Below are positions 32,917 through 43,439 of a DNA stretch of 64,000 nt, piece after piece. Below the pieces are notes generated by a model. The model did no database searches. It saw nothing but the letters and a program-made list of their open reading frames with translations, and had not been told where the DNA came from. Position numbers and translations under genes: made by a program. The stretch's first letter is position 1. Each line of letters begins with the position of its first letter. Source of the stretch: Alphaproteobacteria bacterium (lineage in GTDB: Bacteria; Pseudomonadota; Alphaproteobacteria; SP197); NCBI GenBank assembly GCA_964291265.2, contig OZ219747.1, positions 1 through 64,000 on the forward strand, written 5' to 3'.

Positions 32917-33984
32917 CTATTGCGCCGCCTTCACGAAGGCGCGCGAGTTCGGAAAGGCCGGCATGACCTCGTCGATGAACAGGCGCAACGAGGACTTCTG
33001 CAGTTCGAACGTCGGACCGGTCACACGATAGAGGAAACTGTCGACGCCAAGGGTCTCGTAACGGTGCAGCTTGGCGATCACCTCGTCGGGGGTGCCGAAG
33101 ACGAGGTTGGTGCGCAGCATGTCGGGATCGTATTCGGCGACATTGTCGAGCGAGGCAAGATCGACCGCCTCGACAAAGCCGTTCTTCACCTCGCCCAGCT
33201 GCTTGAACAGGTTCTCGAACTGCACCCCGCCCCTCTGCACCGCCTCGACAAAGGGCCGCCATCCACGCTCCCGGTCCTGGTAGACGGCGGCATGGCGCAT
33301 GGTCAGGAATCGCGGCCGCGGGATCTCCGGAACCCGCGCCAGCGCATCCTCGAACTGCTGCCTGTACTTCTCAACCTCGCTGAAGGGTCGAGTCAGCGCC
33401 CAGGACATGATGTTGCATCCCTGGGAAAGCGCCCAGTCGTAGGTCGAGGGGTGGCGCGCCGCGACCCACAGGGGTGGATGGGGTTTCTGCAGCGGTTTGG
33501 GACAGGCGGTTGCTGCAGGGAAAGACCAGAATGCGCCGTGGTGCTCGACGTCTCCGGCCCACAGGCCCTTGAGCACCGGCAGCATCTCCTGCATGTAAGC
33601 GACCCCCTTGTGCTGGTCCATGCCTCCCATCATGCGGTCGAACTCACGCTGATAGGCGCCGCGGCCGATACCGAACTCCACCCGTCCACCCGACATGAGA
33701 TCGAGCAGGCCGACCTCTCCGGCCACCTTGATCGGGTGCCAGTAGGGAGCCTGGACCACGGCGATGCCGAGGCGGATCCGGTCGGTGTTGGCGCCGAACC
33801 ACGCCAGAAGCTGGAAGGGGTTGGGCGCGATCGTCATCTCGATCGCATGGTGTTCGGCAGCCCAGACGATCTCGAATCCCGCCGCATCGGCCATCTGCAC
33901 CATGTCCATGGCGTGGCGGGCGACATCCCGCATGTCGACCGACGGGTTGTCACGTGCAAGGTCGATCGAAAGACTGAATCTCAT
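32917..33984 (-). CDS. LLM class (luciferase-like) flavin-dependent monooxygenase
   Basis: WAAEHH, SGGRVEFGIGRG, PKPLQKPHPPLW, GTPDEV. Confidence 0.92.
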   Translation of the reverse strand: MRFSLSIDLARDNPSVDMRDVARHAMDMVQMADAAGFEIVWAAEHHAIEMTIAPNPFQLLAWFGANTDRIRLGIAVVQAPYWHPIKVAGEVGLLDLMSGGRVEFGIGRGAYQREFDRMMGGMDQHKGVAYMQEMLPVLKGLWAGDVEHHGAFWSFPAATACPKPLQKPHPPLWVAARHPSTYDWALSQGCNIMSWALTRPFSEVEKYRQQFEDALARVPEIPRPRFLTMRHAAVYQDRERGWRPFVEAVQRGGVQFENLFKQLGEVKNGFVEAVDLASLDNVAEYDPDMLRTNLVFGTPDEVIAKLHRYETLGVDSFLYRVTGPTFELQKSSLRLFIDEVMPAFPNSRAFVKAAQ

Positions 33985-34080
33985 GGTGCCCCCTTGTCGT
34001 CGACAGCGGATACTACGCGAGGATCGATGCCGGTGACATCGCGGTGGCAAGGGGCGCCTCGAGCGCCCCTCGCACAGGCC

Positions 34081-34965
34081 TCAGGTCGAGGCGAGTCCGA
34101 GTTTCCGGCGCGCTTCGGCCGCGCCGACAACCCGCCCACCCATCATCTCGATGATCCCGGCCGCCTTCTCGACGAGCTGGCCGTTGGTCGCCAGCACCCC
34201 GCGCCTGAGATAGAGGTTGTCCTCGAGGCCGACCCGCACATTGCCGCCCAGCAACATGGCCTGGGCAACCATGGGCATCTGCATGCGGCTGATGCCGAAG
34301 CCCGCCCAGTTGGCCCCCCGGGGCAGGCTGTCCGCCATGGTCATCATGGAACGTGTATCGGCTCCGGCGCCCCAGGGAATGCCGAGGCAGACCTGGAAGA
34401 GGGGCGGATCCTCGATGAGTCCCTCGTCGTACATGGCGCAGGCGAGGCGGACCTGGCCGAGATCGAAGACCTCGATTTCCGGCTTGACACCAAGCTCGCG
34501 AATGCGCGACGCCATGGTGCGGCACCAGGAGGCAGGGTTGACGTAGGTTTCGTTGCCATCGCCGAAGTTGATGGTGCCGCAATCGAGAGAGCAGATCTCC
34601 GGGCGCAGGCGATCGACATGGCGAAGCCGCTCGAGCGGGCCGACGATGTCGCTGCCGGGGCCGGGGCGGGACGGATTGTCGTCATCGAGATTGAAGTCAC
34701 CGCCCATGCCCGCCGTCAGGTTGAGAATCACGTCGACGCCATCCTGCATGATCAGGTTGACGGTCTCCTCGAACAGGTCGGGATCGCGCGAGCCCTTGCC
34801 GGTCTCGGGATCACGCACGTGGACATGGGTCACCGCGGCCCCTGCATGGGCCGCCTCGATCGCCGCATCGGCGATCTGGCGCGGGGTCACCGGAACCTTG
34901 TCGCTCCGCGAAACCGTATCCCCGGCACCGGTGACGGCGCAGGTGATGATGACGTCCGTATTCAT
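34081..34965 (-). CDS. Beta-keto acid cleavage enzyme (3-keto-5-aminohexanoate cleavage family; CdhC-like)
   Basis: [24 protein letters not shown]. Confidence 0.93.
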   Translation of the reverse strand: MNTDVIITCAVTGAGDTVSRSDKVPVTPRQIADAAIEAAHAGAAVTHVHVRDPETGKGSRDPDLFEETVNLIMQDGVDVILNLTAGMGGDFNLDDDNPSRPGPGSDIVGPLERLRHVDRLRPEICSLDCGTINFGDGNETYVNPASWCRTMASRIRELGVKPEIEVFDLGQVRLACAMYDEGLIEDPPLFQVCLGIPWGAGADTRSMMTMADSLPRGANWAGFGISRMQMPMVAQAMLLGGNVRVGLEDNLYLRRGVLATNGQLVEKAAGIIEMMGGRVVGAAEARRKLGLAST

Positions 34966-35000
34966 GGATGGCCCTCCAGGTCAGTGAATTGGCTGAATGA

Positions 35001-35954
35001 TCAGAAACCGGCCGCGCGTCGGGCTTTCAGGACCCCGACAAGTCCTTCGTTCATTTTCGCCGACAGCGTCCGGAAGTCCTCTCCCGGGGCGGCCGCCTCA
35101 CAGCCATCGATGAGGCGCCTGGCGAGATCGTCGGTGAGTTCAGGCGCATCGAGACGGCTCCATGGAAACTTCAGTGCCGGTCCGAACTGCTCAAGGCAAT
35201 GGGCCATGCCGCCCTCGCCACCGCCCACATGGAACACCATGCACGGTCCCATGAGGGCCCAGCGCGGTCCGGGACCGTTGGTCACCGCCGTGTCGATCTG
35301 CTCCACCGTCGCCTCCCCGGCCGCAATCATGTGCAGGGCCTCGCGCCAGATCGCCTCCTGCAGTCGCGTGGCAATGAACCCGGGAACCTCGCGCTTCATG
35401 ACAAGGGGCGCCTTGCCGAGGTGGCGAAAGAACGCCGCCGTCCAGGGCGCCACGTCCGGATCGGTACGGCGACCGGCGACGATCTCGACCAGCGGCATGA
35501 GGTAGGGCGGATTGAAGGGGTGGCCGGTGACCGTGCGCTCCGGCGACGGACAGTGCGCCTGGATGTCACTCATGGAAAGTCCGGATGTCGAGGAACACAG
35601 GACAACATCCGGCGGCGCCAGGCGGCCCAGTTCGGCGTAGACCGCCTGCTTCACCTCGAGAATCTCCGGAACGCTCTCCTGCACGAAGTCGGCCCCGGCG
35701 ACCGCCGCCGCAAGGTCCGTGGTGACATGCAGCCTTCCGGGCGATGCGCCTTCCGCGGTGCCGAGCTGCTCCAGGGCGCTCCAGGCCGTCGCCACCAGGG
35801 AGCGGAGCTTTTCCTCCTCCCCCTCCTCGAGAATCCAGGACGTCACGTCACGGCCCGTGGCCAGGAAGAACGCCGCCCACCCGGCGCCGATCGGCCCGGC
35901 GCCAAGGCAGGTGACGGTCGAGACATCCTGTGGCTGCGGCCGGCCCATCGTCAT
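35001..35954 (-). CDS. L-carnitine dehydrogenase-like (3-hydroxyacyl-CoA dehydrogenase family)
   Basis: GAGPIGAGWAA, QESVPE, GHPFNPPYLMPLVE, GGEGGMAH..QFGPALKFPW. Confidence 0.85.
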   Translation of the reverse strand: MTMGRPQPQDVSTVTCLGAGPIGAGWAAFFLATGRDVTSWILEEGEEEKLRSLVATAWSALEQLGTAEGASPGRLHVTTDLAAAVAGADFVQESVPEILEVKQAVYAELGRLAPPDVVLCSSTSGLSMSDIQAHCPSPERTVTGHPFNPPYLMPLVEIVAGRRTDPDVAPWTAAFFRHLGKAPLVMKREVPGFIATRLQEAIWREALHMIAAGEATVEQIDTAVTNGPGPRWALMGPCMVFHVGGGEGGMAHCLEQFGPALKFPWSRLDAPELTDDLARRLIDGCEAAAPGEDFRTLSAKMNEGLVGVLKARRAAGF

Positions 35955-36751
35955 CTGCCGAGGAAGACCGGCTGGCGCCGTTCAATGAAGGCACTGATGC
36001 CTTCCCGCGCGTCATCGGAGGCCAGCATCCGCCGGTAGAGGGGAAGGTCGGCCGAGCGCATGGTGCCGAAGGCCCCTTCGACGGTCTCTCCCTCGATGGC
36101 GCGCAGCACCTCCTTGACCGCACCCAGTGCCAGTGGTGCGCCGGCGGCGAGGCGCTCGCCCCAGTGACGGGCCTTCGCCATGAGCTGGGCGGCCGGGACG
36201 ACGGCGTTCACCAGTCCCAGGCGCCGTGCCTCACCGGCCTTCATGCGGCGGCCGAGCAACAGCATTTCCATGGCGACATTGGCAGGCAGGCGTCGCGGCA
36301 GGCGCTGCAGGGCTCCGGCATCCGGGACAATGCCGAGGGGGAGTTCAGGCAGGGCAAACTCCACGTGGTCGGCAGCAATGACGAGGTCGCAGGCGAGCGC
36401 AATCTCGAACCCACCGCCGATGGCATGGCCGTTGAGGGCGGCGATCACCGGCTTGTCGAGATTCCACATCTCCGTGATGCCGGCGAATCCGCCAAGCGAG
36501 GCGTCTTCCGTTTCCCACCAGTTGTCGAGCTGCTGATCGCCGCTCTCGAGAGCCTTGAGGTCCCAGCCAGCCGAAAACAGGCGGTCTCCGGACGCCGTGA
36601 GAATCGCCACCCCGAGATCGGGATCATCACGAAAGGCGACGAAGGCCTCTCCCATGAGACGGCTCGTGGCGCGGTCGATGGCGTTGACCTTCGGCCGGTC
36701 GATCGTGATTTCCAGCAGCTTTCCGCGCCGCTCGACACCAATTCCCGCCAT
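35951..36751 (-). CDS. Enoyl-CoA hydratase / carnitinyl-CoA dehydratase (CaiD-like)
   Basis: IDRPKVNAID, FSAGWDLK, KPVIAALNGHAIGGGFE. Confidence 0.9.
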   Translation of the reverse strand: MAGIGVERRGKLLEITIDRPKVNAIDRATSRLMGEAFVAFRDDPDLGVAILTASGDRLFSAGWDLKALESGDQQLDNWWETEDASLGGFAGITEMWNLDKPVIAALNGHAIGGGFEIALACDLVIAADHVEFALPELPLGIVPDAGALQRLPRRLPANVAMEMLLLGRRMKAGEARRLGLVNAVVPAAQLMAKARHWGERLAAGAPLALGAVKEVLRAIEGETVEGAFGTMRSADLPLYRRMLASDDAREGISAFIERRQPVFLGR

Positions 36752-37494
36752 CAGATCAGCCGCGCCGGCGTATAGGAGGCACGGGCGGTGCCGATGGCCT
36801 CGGCAAGATCGAGGCGCCCCAGGAAGAGGGCCCTGCCGATGATGCAGCCGCCAATGTTCGGCAGGTACTTCAGCATCGAGACATCGTCGATGCTGGTGAC
36901 CGTGCCGCTTGAGATCACCGGCACGTCGAGAGCCTCGCCCATGCGCATGGTCCGTGCCAGGCTGTAGTCCCTGGGTTCCTTGTCGCGGTCGAGATCGATG
37001 AAGACGATTTCGGAGATACCGGCCGCCACCAGGCTCACCGCCATCTCCGTCGCCTCGAAGGCGGTTTCCTCGCGCCACCCCTCGATGACCACCATGCCGT
37101 TGCGTGCCGCCACCGTGGCAATGATGCGGTCGGGGTAGGCCGTGCAGGCGTCAGTGACCAGGTTCCGGTCCTTGACCGCCGCCGTCCCCAGGCCCACGCG
37201 CCAGGCTCCGTGCTCGAACCACCAGTGCACGGACCCGATGGACCGAATGCCGCCTGCGACCTGGACCGGAATGGTCACGCTGTCGATGAGCCGGCAGATC
37301 TGCCCGGCGTTGTGCCGGCCGCCCTGGAGTGCGCCGTCGACATCCACCACGTGGAGGCAGTCCGCACCGGCGTCAGCGAACCTGCGGGCGGCATCCTCCG
37401 GGGAGAGATCAAAGGGCTCTGGAGTCTCATGGCGGCCATCCACACGATTAACCGCCCTGCCTCCCATGATTTCGATGGTGGGGTAGATCTTCAT
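36751..37494 (-). CDS. Divergent HisA/HisF-related TIM-barrel protein
   Basis: LHVVDVDGA, VQVAGGIRS, LGTAAV, IIGRAL; the N-terminal catalytic Asp position reads Glu. Confidence 0.85.
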   Translation of the reverse strand: MKIYPTIEIMGGRAVNRVDGRHETPEPFDLSPEDAARRFADAGADCLHVVDVDGALQGGRHNAGQICRLIDSVTIPVQVAGGIRSIGSVHWWFEHGAWRVGLGTAAVKDRNLVTDACTAYPDRIIATVAARNGMVVIEGWREETAFEATEMAVSLVAAGISEIVFIDLDRDKEPRDYSLARTMRMGEALDVPVISSGTVTSIDDVSMLKYLPNIGGCIIGRALFLGRLDLAEAIGTARASYTPARLI

Positions 37495-37522
37495 GGTCCC
37501 GAACTGCATCCGGCTGGCGCCA

Positions 37523-37951
37523 TCATAGGCGAGAACTGCCCCCCGACGCGACTCGGGATGTCGCGTTCAGCGGCCTGAACGCCATGACCTCGATCTCGAC
37601 GCGAACATCGACCAGAAACTCGGCAATGATCGCCGAGCGTGCCGGCGGCTCCTCGGGAAAGTACTCGGCATAGACGGCGTTGAATCCTGGAAAGTCGGCG
37701 CGGTCCGACAGCCACACCATGGCCTTCACAACGTCGCCCAGAGTGCAGCCCGCTTCCGCCAGGGTCTCGCGGATCGTCTCGATGACGACCCGGGTCTGCT
37801 CCTCGATGGTGCCATGGGTCATCGGCTTCCCGCCCTCGAGGGGGACCTGGCCGGTCAGGAACACGAAATCCCCGGCCCGGACGGCGCGGGAAAGCGACAG
37901 GACGTGCCCGCCGATCGAAAGTGGCTCTCCGATCACCTGTTTCGCCGTCAT
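37523..37951 (-). CDS. RidA family protein
   Basis: FVFLTGQVP, IEEQT, FNAVYAEYF, PPARS, VEIEV. Confidence 0.92.
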   Translation of the reverse strand: MTAKQVIGEPLSIGGHVLSLSRAVRAGDFVFLTGQVPLEGGKPMTHGTIEEQTRVVIETIRETLAEAGCTLGDVVKAMVWLSDRADFPGFNAVYAEYFPEEPPARSAIIAEFLVDVRVEIEVMAFRPLNATSRVASGGSSRL

Positions 37952-38055
37952 CTTCGCGGGTCCCCCCTTGTCGTGGTGGAGAACACTGTGGGGAGTTGCG
38001 TTCAGTGTGCAAGCCCGTGTTGAATGACCCTTGCCAAGGAACGGAACCGTGGACC

Positions 38056-39540
38056 ATGGACGAACTCAGACACTACCGCATGCTGATCGACGGCGCATGG
38101 GTCGATTCCGCAGACGGTGGCGCCTTCGACAGCATCAACCCAGCGACGGGAAAGGCCTGGGCCACGGTCGCCGCCGCCACCGCGGACGATGTCGACCGGG
38201 CCGTCCAGGCGGCGCATCGCGCCTTCACCAGCGGTCCCTGGTCGACCATGCTGCCGACCCAGCGGGGCCGTCTGTTGCGCAATCTTGCCGGTCTGCTGGC
38301 CGAACGTTCGGAGGACCTCGGTCGGACCGAGTGCATCGACACCGGCAAGATGTTCAAGGAGACGCGCTGGCAGGCGCGATACATCGCCGAGTTCTTTCAT
38401 TTCTATGCGGGTCTTGCCGACAAGGTGACCGGCGAGACCCTGCCCATCGACCGCCACGACATGCTGACCATGACCACGCGTGAACCCCTGGGCGTGGTGG
38501 CCGCCGTCGTGCCGTGGAACAGCCAGCTTTTCCTCGTCGCCGTGAAGATCGGGCCGGCGCTTGCCGCAGGCAACACCGTTGTCCTGAAGGCCAGCGAACA
38601 CGCCTCGGCCGCCATGCTGGAGTTCGCCGAACTCACCATGGAAGCCGGGTTCCCGCCCGGCGTGGTCAACGTCGTCACCGGCCACGGCGAACCGTGCGGA
38701 CGGACGCTCACCACCCACCCCCTGGTGGCGCGCATCAGTTTCACGGGCGGACCGGCAACGGCCCGTCACGTCGTCAGGAACTCCGCCGACAATTTCGCCG
38801 AAGTCTCCCTGGAACTGGGAGGCAAGTCTCCCGTCATCGTGTTCGACGATGCCGACATCGAGAGCGCGATCAACGGTTCCCTTGCCGGCATCTTCGGCGC
38901 CAGCGGACAAAGCTGTGTCGCCGGCAGCCGGATCTACCTCCACGAGTCGATCCACGATGCCTTCATCGACCACCTGGTGGCGCGGGCCAGTGACATCCGC
39001 ATCGGTGACCCCCTGGCCGAAGAGACCCAGATGGGGCCGCTCTGCACCATGGCCCAGCTCGAGGGGTGCGAGCGCCAGGTGGCCCGCGCCGTGGCGGAAG
39101 GGGGCGCCCTGCTCACCGGCGGCAAGCGCCCGGACCATCCCGCCGCCGGGTGGTACTTCGAACCGACTATCGTGTCCTGCCCGGACCAGTCCATGGAGAT
39201 CGTCGATACCGAGATGTTCGGGCCGGTGCTCTCGGTGCTGCGCTTCGGCGCGGAAGACGAGGTGATCGCCATGGCCAACGACACGCGCTACGGGCTGGCA
39301 GCCGGAGTCTTCACGCGGGACCTTGCCCGTGCCCTGCGTGTCCAGAAACGGATTCGCGCCGGGATCGTGTGGGTCAATACCTACCGCGTGGTGTCGCCCA
39401 TCGCCGAGTTCGGCGGTTTCAAGGACTCCGGCTACGGGCGCGAATCGGGCGCCCAGGCGATCTACGACTACACCCGGCCCAAGACCGTGTGGATCAACAC
39501 ATCGGATGAGCCGATGGACAACCCCTTCGTCATGCGATAG
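38056..39540 (+). CDS. Aldehyde dehydrogenase
   Basis: PWNS, LELGGKSP, GQSCVAGSR, EMFGPV. Confidence 0.95.
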   Translation: MDELRHYRMLIDGAWVDSADGGAFDSINPATGKAWATVAAATADDVDRAVQAAHRAFTSGPWSTMLPTQRGRLLRNLAGLLAERSEDLGRTECIDTGKMFKETRWQARYIAEFFHFYAGLADKVTGETLPIDRHDMLTMTTREPLGVVAAVVPWNSQLFLVAVKIGPALAAGNTVVLKASEHASAAMLEFAELTMEAGFPPGVVNVVTGHGEPCGRTLTTHPLVARISFTGGPATARHVVRNSADNFAEVSLELGGKSPVIVFDDADIESAINGSLAGIFGASGQSCVAGSRIYLHESIHDAFIDHLVARASDIRIGDPLAEETQMGPLCTMAQLEGCERQVARAVAEGGALLTGGKRPDHPAAGWYFEPTIVSCPDQSMEIVDTEMFGPVLSVLRFGAEDEVIAMANDTRYGLAAGVFTRDLARALRVQKRIRAGIVWVNTYRVVSPIAEFGGFKDSGYGRESGAQAIYDYTRPKTVWINTSDEPMDNPFVMR

Positions 39541-39551
39541 GCGCCCGGACC

Positions 39552-41003
39552 ATGACCATCCTCGTCGTCAGCCGCAGAGACCTCACCCTGGACAACGCCC
39601 GCCGCGTGGCATGGGACCGGGAAGGCGTCGAGATCGGCGGCGAAGCCCTGGTCGCCATGGAAGCCGGCCGCGAGAGGCTGATGCGCATCCTCGAACACGA
39701 CCCCGACGTCACCATCTACGGGGTCACGACCGGTGCCGGCCAGATGGCGAAACAGAAGATCAGGCCGGAGGATCGCAGCAGCCATGCCCGCATGTCACCG
39801 ACCGGTGCTGCGGCATCGTGGGGCGATCCCCTGCCCGACCGCGTGGTGCGCCTCATCATCCTCGCGCGCCTCTCCAACTTCATCGAGGGCCACGCGGCCG
39901 TGTCCCCCGAGATCGCCCGGGGTGTCGCGGCCATGCTCTCGCAGGAGAGCGTGCCCGTGATCCCGGCGAGGGGCCAGGGTGGCGCCGGCGAGATTCTCTC
40001 GCTCAGCCACCTCTTCGCACCCCTCGTCGAGTCGGTCGGGGCCGATGTCAAGGATGTCATGTGCCTCGTCAACGGATCGCCGTCGGCAACCGGTCTCGTC
40101 ACCGATGCCGCGCTGACCGGTGAAGCCCGTCTCGATCTCGCAGCCCGGGTCATCGCGCTTTCGTTCGAGGCCTTCAACGCGCCTCTCGGCCACCTCGCCG
40201 GAGCCCTGGAGGACTACTGGAACAACCCCTGCGACGCCTGGGCCCTGCGGACCATGCGGACACTGATCGACGGTGGCCATGGCGGCAGCCGCCGACCCTA
40301 CCAGGCGCCGGTGAGCTACCGCATCGCGCCGCGCATGCTCGGCCAGGCGAGGCGTGCCGTCGACCTGGCGCGTGACGTGGCCAGCGAGTCGCTCCGGGCC
40401 GTGACCGACAATCCGGTGTGGATCGATGAACGAGACGAGGACCATCCCTTCGGCCAGTTCGTGTCGACCGGCGGATACCACAACCCCCACGCGGTTCTCG
40501 CCATGGATGCCTTGACGGCTGCATGCGCCAATCTCTGTGTCCTTGCCGAGCGCCACGGCGCCAAGCTTCTTGACGGCCGTGTCTCCCTGCTGCCCGATCA
40601 GCTGATCGACCCCGACCGGGAAGGCGGCATCCGGCGGGGATACATGGGGTGCCTGCCCATGGCGCAGACCGGCTACGAGGAAGAGGCGCGGTATCACGCC
40701 CAGGCCACCCTGCTTCCGGGAAGCGAGTCGGGAGGGTTCGGACAGAATGACGTGGCGAGCCCGGTGTTCCTCGCCTGGACCAAGCTGCAGCGCGCCGGCG
40801 AGTGTCTCGATCTGGCACTTGCCAGTCTCGCACCCATTGCCGTGAGGGCCCTGGATGTCACCGGGCGCCGTGTCCCCCGACCGCTGGCCGGAATCGAGGA
40901 GACCGTGCGCAACGTGCTCCCGAACCTGGAGGAACGGCGCGCCTTCGGCCCCCTGTTGGCCGACATCGCCAGCGCGTTCCGCGCCACCATTCATCCCTCC
41001 TGA
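39552..41003 (+). CDS. Aromatic amino acid ammonia-lyase (HAL/PAL) family protein lacking the ASG/MIO triad
   Basis: IYGVTTG, LVNG, TDNP present; GSVGASGD replaced by GQGGAGE. Confidence 0.85.
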   Translation: MTILVVSRRDLTLDNARRVAWDREGVEIGGEALVAMEAGRERLMRILEHDPDVTIYGVTTGAGQMAKQKIRPEDRSSHARMSPTGAAASWGDPLPDRVVRLIILARLSNFIEGHAAVSPEIARGVAAMLSQESVPVIPARGQGGAGEILSLSHLFAPLVESVGADVKDVMCLVNGSPSATGLVTDAALTGEARLDLAARVIALSFEAFNAPLGHLAGALEDYWNNPCDAWALRTMRTLIDGGHGGSRRPYQAPVSYRIAPRMLGQARRAVDLARDVASESLRAVTDNPVWIDERDEDHPFGQFVSTGGYHNPHAVLAMDALTAACANLCVLAERHGAKLLDGRVSLLPDQLIDPDREGGIRRGYMGCLPMAQTGYEEEARYHAQATLLPGSESGGFGQNDVASPVFLAWTKLQRAGECLDLALASLAPIAVRALDVTGRRVPRPLAGIEETVRNVLPNLEERRAFGPLLADIASAFRATIHPS

Positions 41004-41119
41004 ACGAGCGTGGCGCCGACGCCTCGAGGCGGACGGCGCATGTCCAGAATGGGGCCGGCGGCCTTGAAGTGCGGGGATCGTGGCCTACATCAGGCCAAGG
41101 CTAGAGTGAGGCATCCAAC

Positions 41120-43018
41120 ATGGCCGAAACGCAGACCGGCGCCCATCACGAGTTTCAGGCCGAGGTCAACCGTGTCCTCGACATCGTCGTCAACTCTCTC
41201 TATTCGAAGCGTGAGGTGTTCCTGCGGGAGCTGATCTCCAACGCGTCGGACGCCTGCGACAGGCTGCGTTACGAGGCCCAGCTCGACGATTCGCTGATGC
41301 GGGACGATCCCGACCTCTCCATCACCGTTTCGCTCGACGACAAGAATTCGCGCATCACGGTCACCGACAACGGCATCGGCATGAGCCGGGACGAACTGGT
41401 CGCCAATCTCGGCACCATCGCCGGTTCCGGCACCGCCAAGTTCGCCCGGCAACTGGCCGAAGCCGAGAAGGAAAAGGCGAAGAAGGAACGCTCCGACATC
41501 AGCATGATCGGCCAGTTCGGTGTCGGGTTCTATGCCGTCTTCATGGTTGCCGGATCGGTGACCGTCACCTCCAGGAAGGCCGGATCCGGGGAGGCCTGGA
41601 CCTGGACATCGGACGGCCGGACGGGTTTCGACGTGGCGGAAGCGCCGGCCGACACGCCGCGCGGCACTGCCATCACCCTCGAACTGAAGAAGGACACGAA
41701 GGAATTCGCCGACAGGATCCGTCTCGAGTCCATCATCAAGACCTATTCCGGTCACATCGGATTGCCGGTGTGGGTCGCCGCCGGAGGCGAATCGCGCCAG
41801 GTCAACGAGGCTGCAGCCCTGTGGACGCGGGCCAGGTCCGCCATCTCCGAGGAGGAATACACAGAGTTCTACCGCCATGTCAGCCATGGTTTCGACGAAC
41901 CCTGGCTCACTCTCCACAACAGGGCGGAAGGCGTCATCGCCTACACGAGCCTGCTCTTCATTCCCACATCGGCGCCCTATGACCTCTTCGATCCCAGGCG
42001 CCAGCACGGCGTCAAGCTCTATGTCCGCAAGGTCTTCATCACCGATGAATGCGAAGGACTGATTCCACCGTGGCTGCGGTTCCTGCGCGGCATCGTCGAT
42101 TCCGAGGACCTGCCTCTCAACGTCAGCCGAGAGGTGTTGCAGAACAACCCTGTGGTCGAGAGAATTTCGAGAGCGGTCGTCAAGCGGGTGCTGTCCGAAT
42201 TCGGCAAGAAGGCGAAGAAGGACGCCGAGTCCTATCACGCCTTCTGGGAGACCTTTGGCGCCGTCCTCAAGGAGGGTGTCTACGAGGATCACCAGCGTCG
42301 CGACACTCTCCTTCCCCTGCTGCGCTTCCGCTCGACGACACGCGACGGTTGGGTCAGCCTCGACGACTACATCGTTGCGATGAAGGAGGGCCAGGACTCC
42401 ATCTACCTGCTGATCGGAGACAGGCTCGAGACCATGCGGTCCAATCCCATGCTCGAGGCCTTCCGGGCGAAGGGTGTCGAGGTGCTCCTGCTCGATCACC
42501 CGGTGGACGAGTTCTGGACCATGTCGGTTGACGGGTACGAGGAAAAGACGTTCGTCAATGTCGCGCGCGGCGACATCGATCTTGCGGCCATCGCCGGAGA
42601 CGACGCCCTGACCACCGACAAGGCGGAGGAGACCGGCGACATCACGCCGCTCATCGCCATGATCAAGCTCGCTCTCGAGAACAAGGTCACGGACGTGCGC
42701 GAATCGAAGCGCCTCACCGACTCGGCCTGCTGCCTTGTCGTGGACGAGGGCGACATGAGCATGCGTCTGCAGAAGATCCTGCAGTCGACCGGTCGCGACG
42801 CCATGGCCGGAAAGCGCATTCTCGAGATCAACCCGGGCCATGCCCTCATCCGCTCGCTCGTCGAGCGGACGCGAAGCGAGGGTTCAAGCCAGCAGATCGA
42901 GGACATGGCCCACCTGCTTCTCGACCAGGCGCTGATCCAGGAAGGCGAACTGCCACAGGATCCGGCCAACTTCGCCAAGCGCATGAGCGATACGATGGCG
43001 AAGGCTGTCGCCCCCTGA
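41120..43018 (+). CDS. htpG: Molecular chaperone HtpG
   Basis: FLRELISNASDA, NLGTIAGSGT, IGQFGVGFY, LEINPGH. Confidence 0.98.
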   Translation: MAETQTGAHHEFQAEVNRVLDIVVNSLYSKREVFLRELISNASDACDRLRYEAQLDDSLMRDDPDLSITVSLDDKNSRITVTDNGIGMSRDELVANLGTIAGSGTAKFARQLAEAEKEKAKKERSDISMIGQFGVGFYAVFMVAGSVTVTSRKAGSGEAWTWTSDGRTGFDVAEAPADTPRGTAITLELKKDTKEFADRIRLESIIKTYSGHIGLPVWVAAGGESRQVNEAAALWTRARSAISEEEYTEFYRHVSHGFDEPWLTLHNRAEGVIAYTSLLFIPTSAPYDLFDPRRQHGVKLYVRKVFITDECEGLIPPWLRFLRGIVDSEDLPLNVSREVLQNNPVVERISRAVVKRVLSEFGKKAKKDAESYHAFWETFGAVLKEGVYEDHQRRDTLLPLLRFRSTTRDGWVSLDDYIVAMKEGQDSIYLLIGDRLETMRSNPMLEAFRAKGVEVLLLDHPVDEFWTMSVDGYEEKTFVNVARGDIDLAAIAGDDALTTDKAEETGDITPLIAMIKLALENKVTDVRESKRLTDSACCLVVDEGDMSMRLQKILQSTGRDAMAGKRILEINPGHALIRSLVERTRSEGSSQQIEDMAHLLLDQALIQEGELPQDPANFAKRMSDTMAKAVAP

Positions 43019-43439
43019 CCGCCAGCGTCCGCACCGGACATCGAGGGGCGGCGCATGATGCAGTTGACGGACAGCCGGGCGACCCGGGTCATCCGGTCCG
43101 GACTCGCGGCCGCACCCATCCACGGGGATGCCCCCGACCACACGGTCTCCCGGCGCAGCGATCTCCGGTCCCGCGCCATCGGCTTGCACCGGGACCTGGC
43201 CGAGGTTGAGCGCATCGTCGCGGGTGATCCGTGCATCACCCTGACGGAGCCGATGCCCCCGGGCGTCAGGGACAGATCAGGCAACCTGTTTGCGCGCCCT
43301 GCATCATCCTGGACGCCGTGTCCTGCGGAGGCCGCCAGGGTTTCGTTGACCTCGGCAGCGCTCGGCAACGTCGGTCCGCAGGCCGAGGGGGCCCTGCTTC
43401 GCGGTCGTCTTGGGCTCGACGGCCCGCCACATCGCCCTG

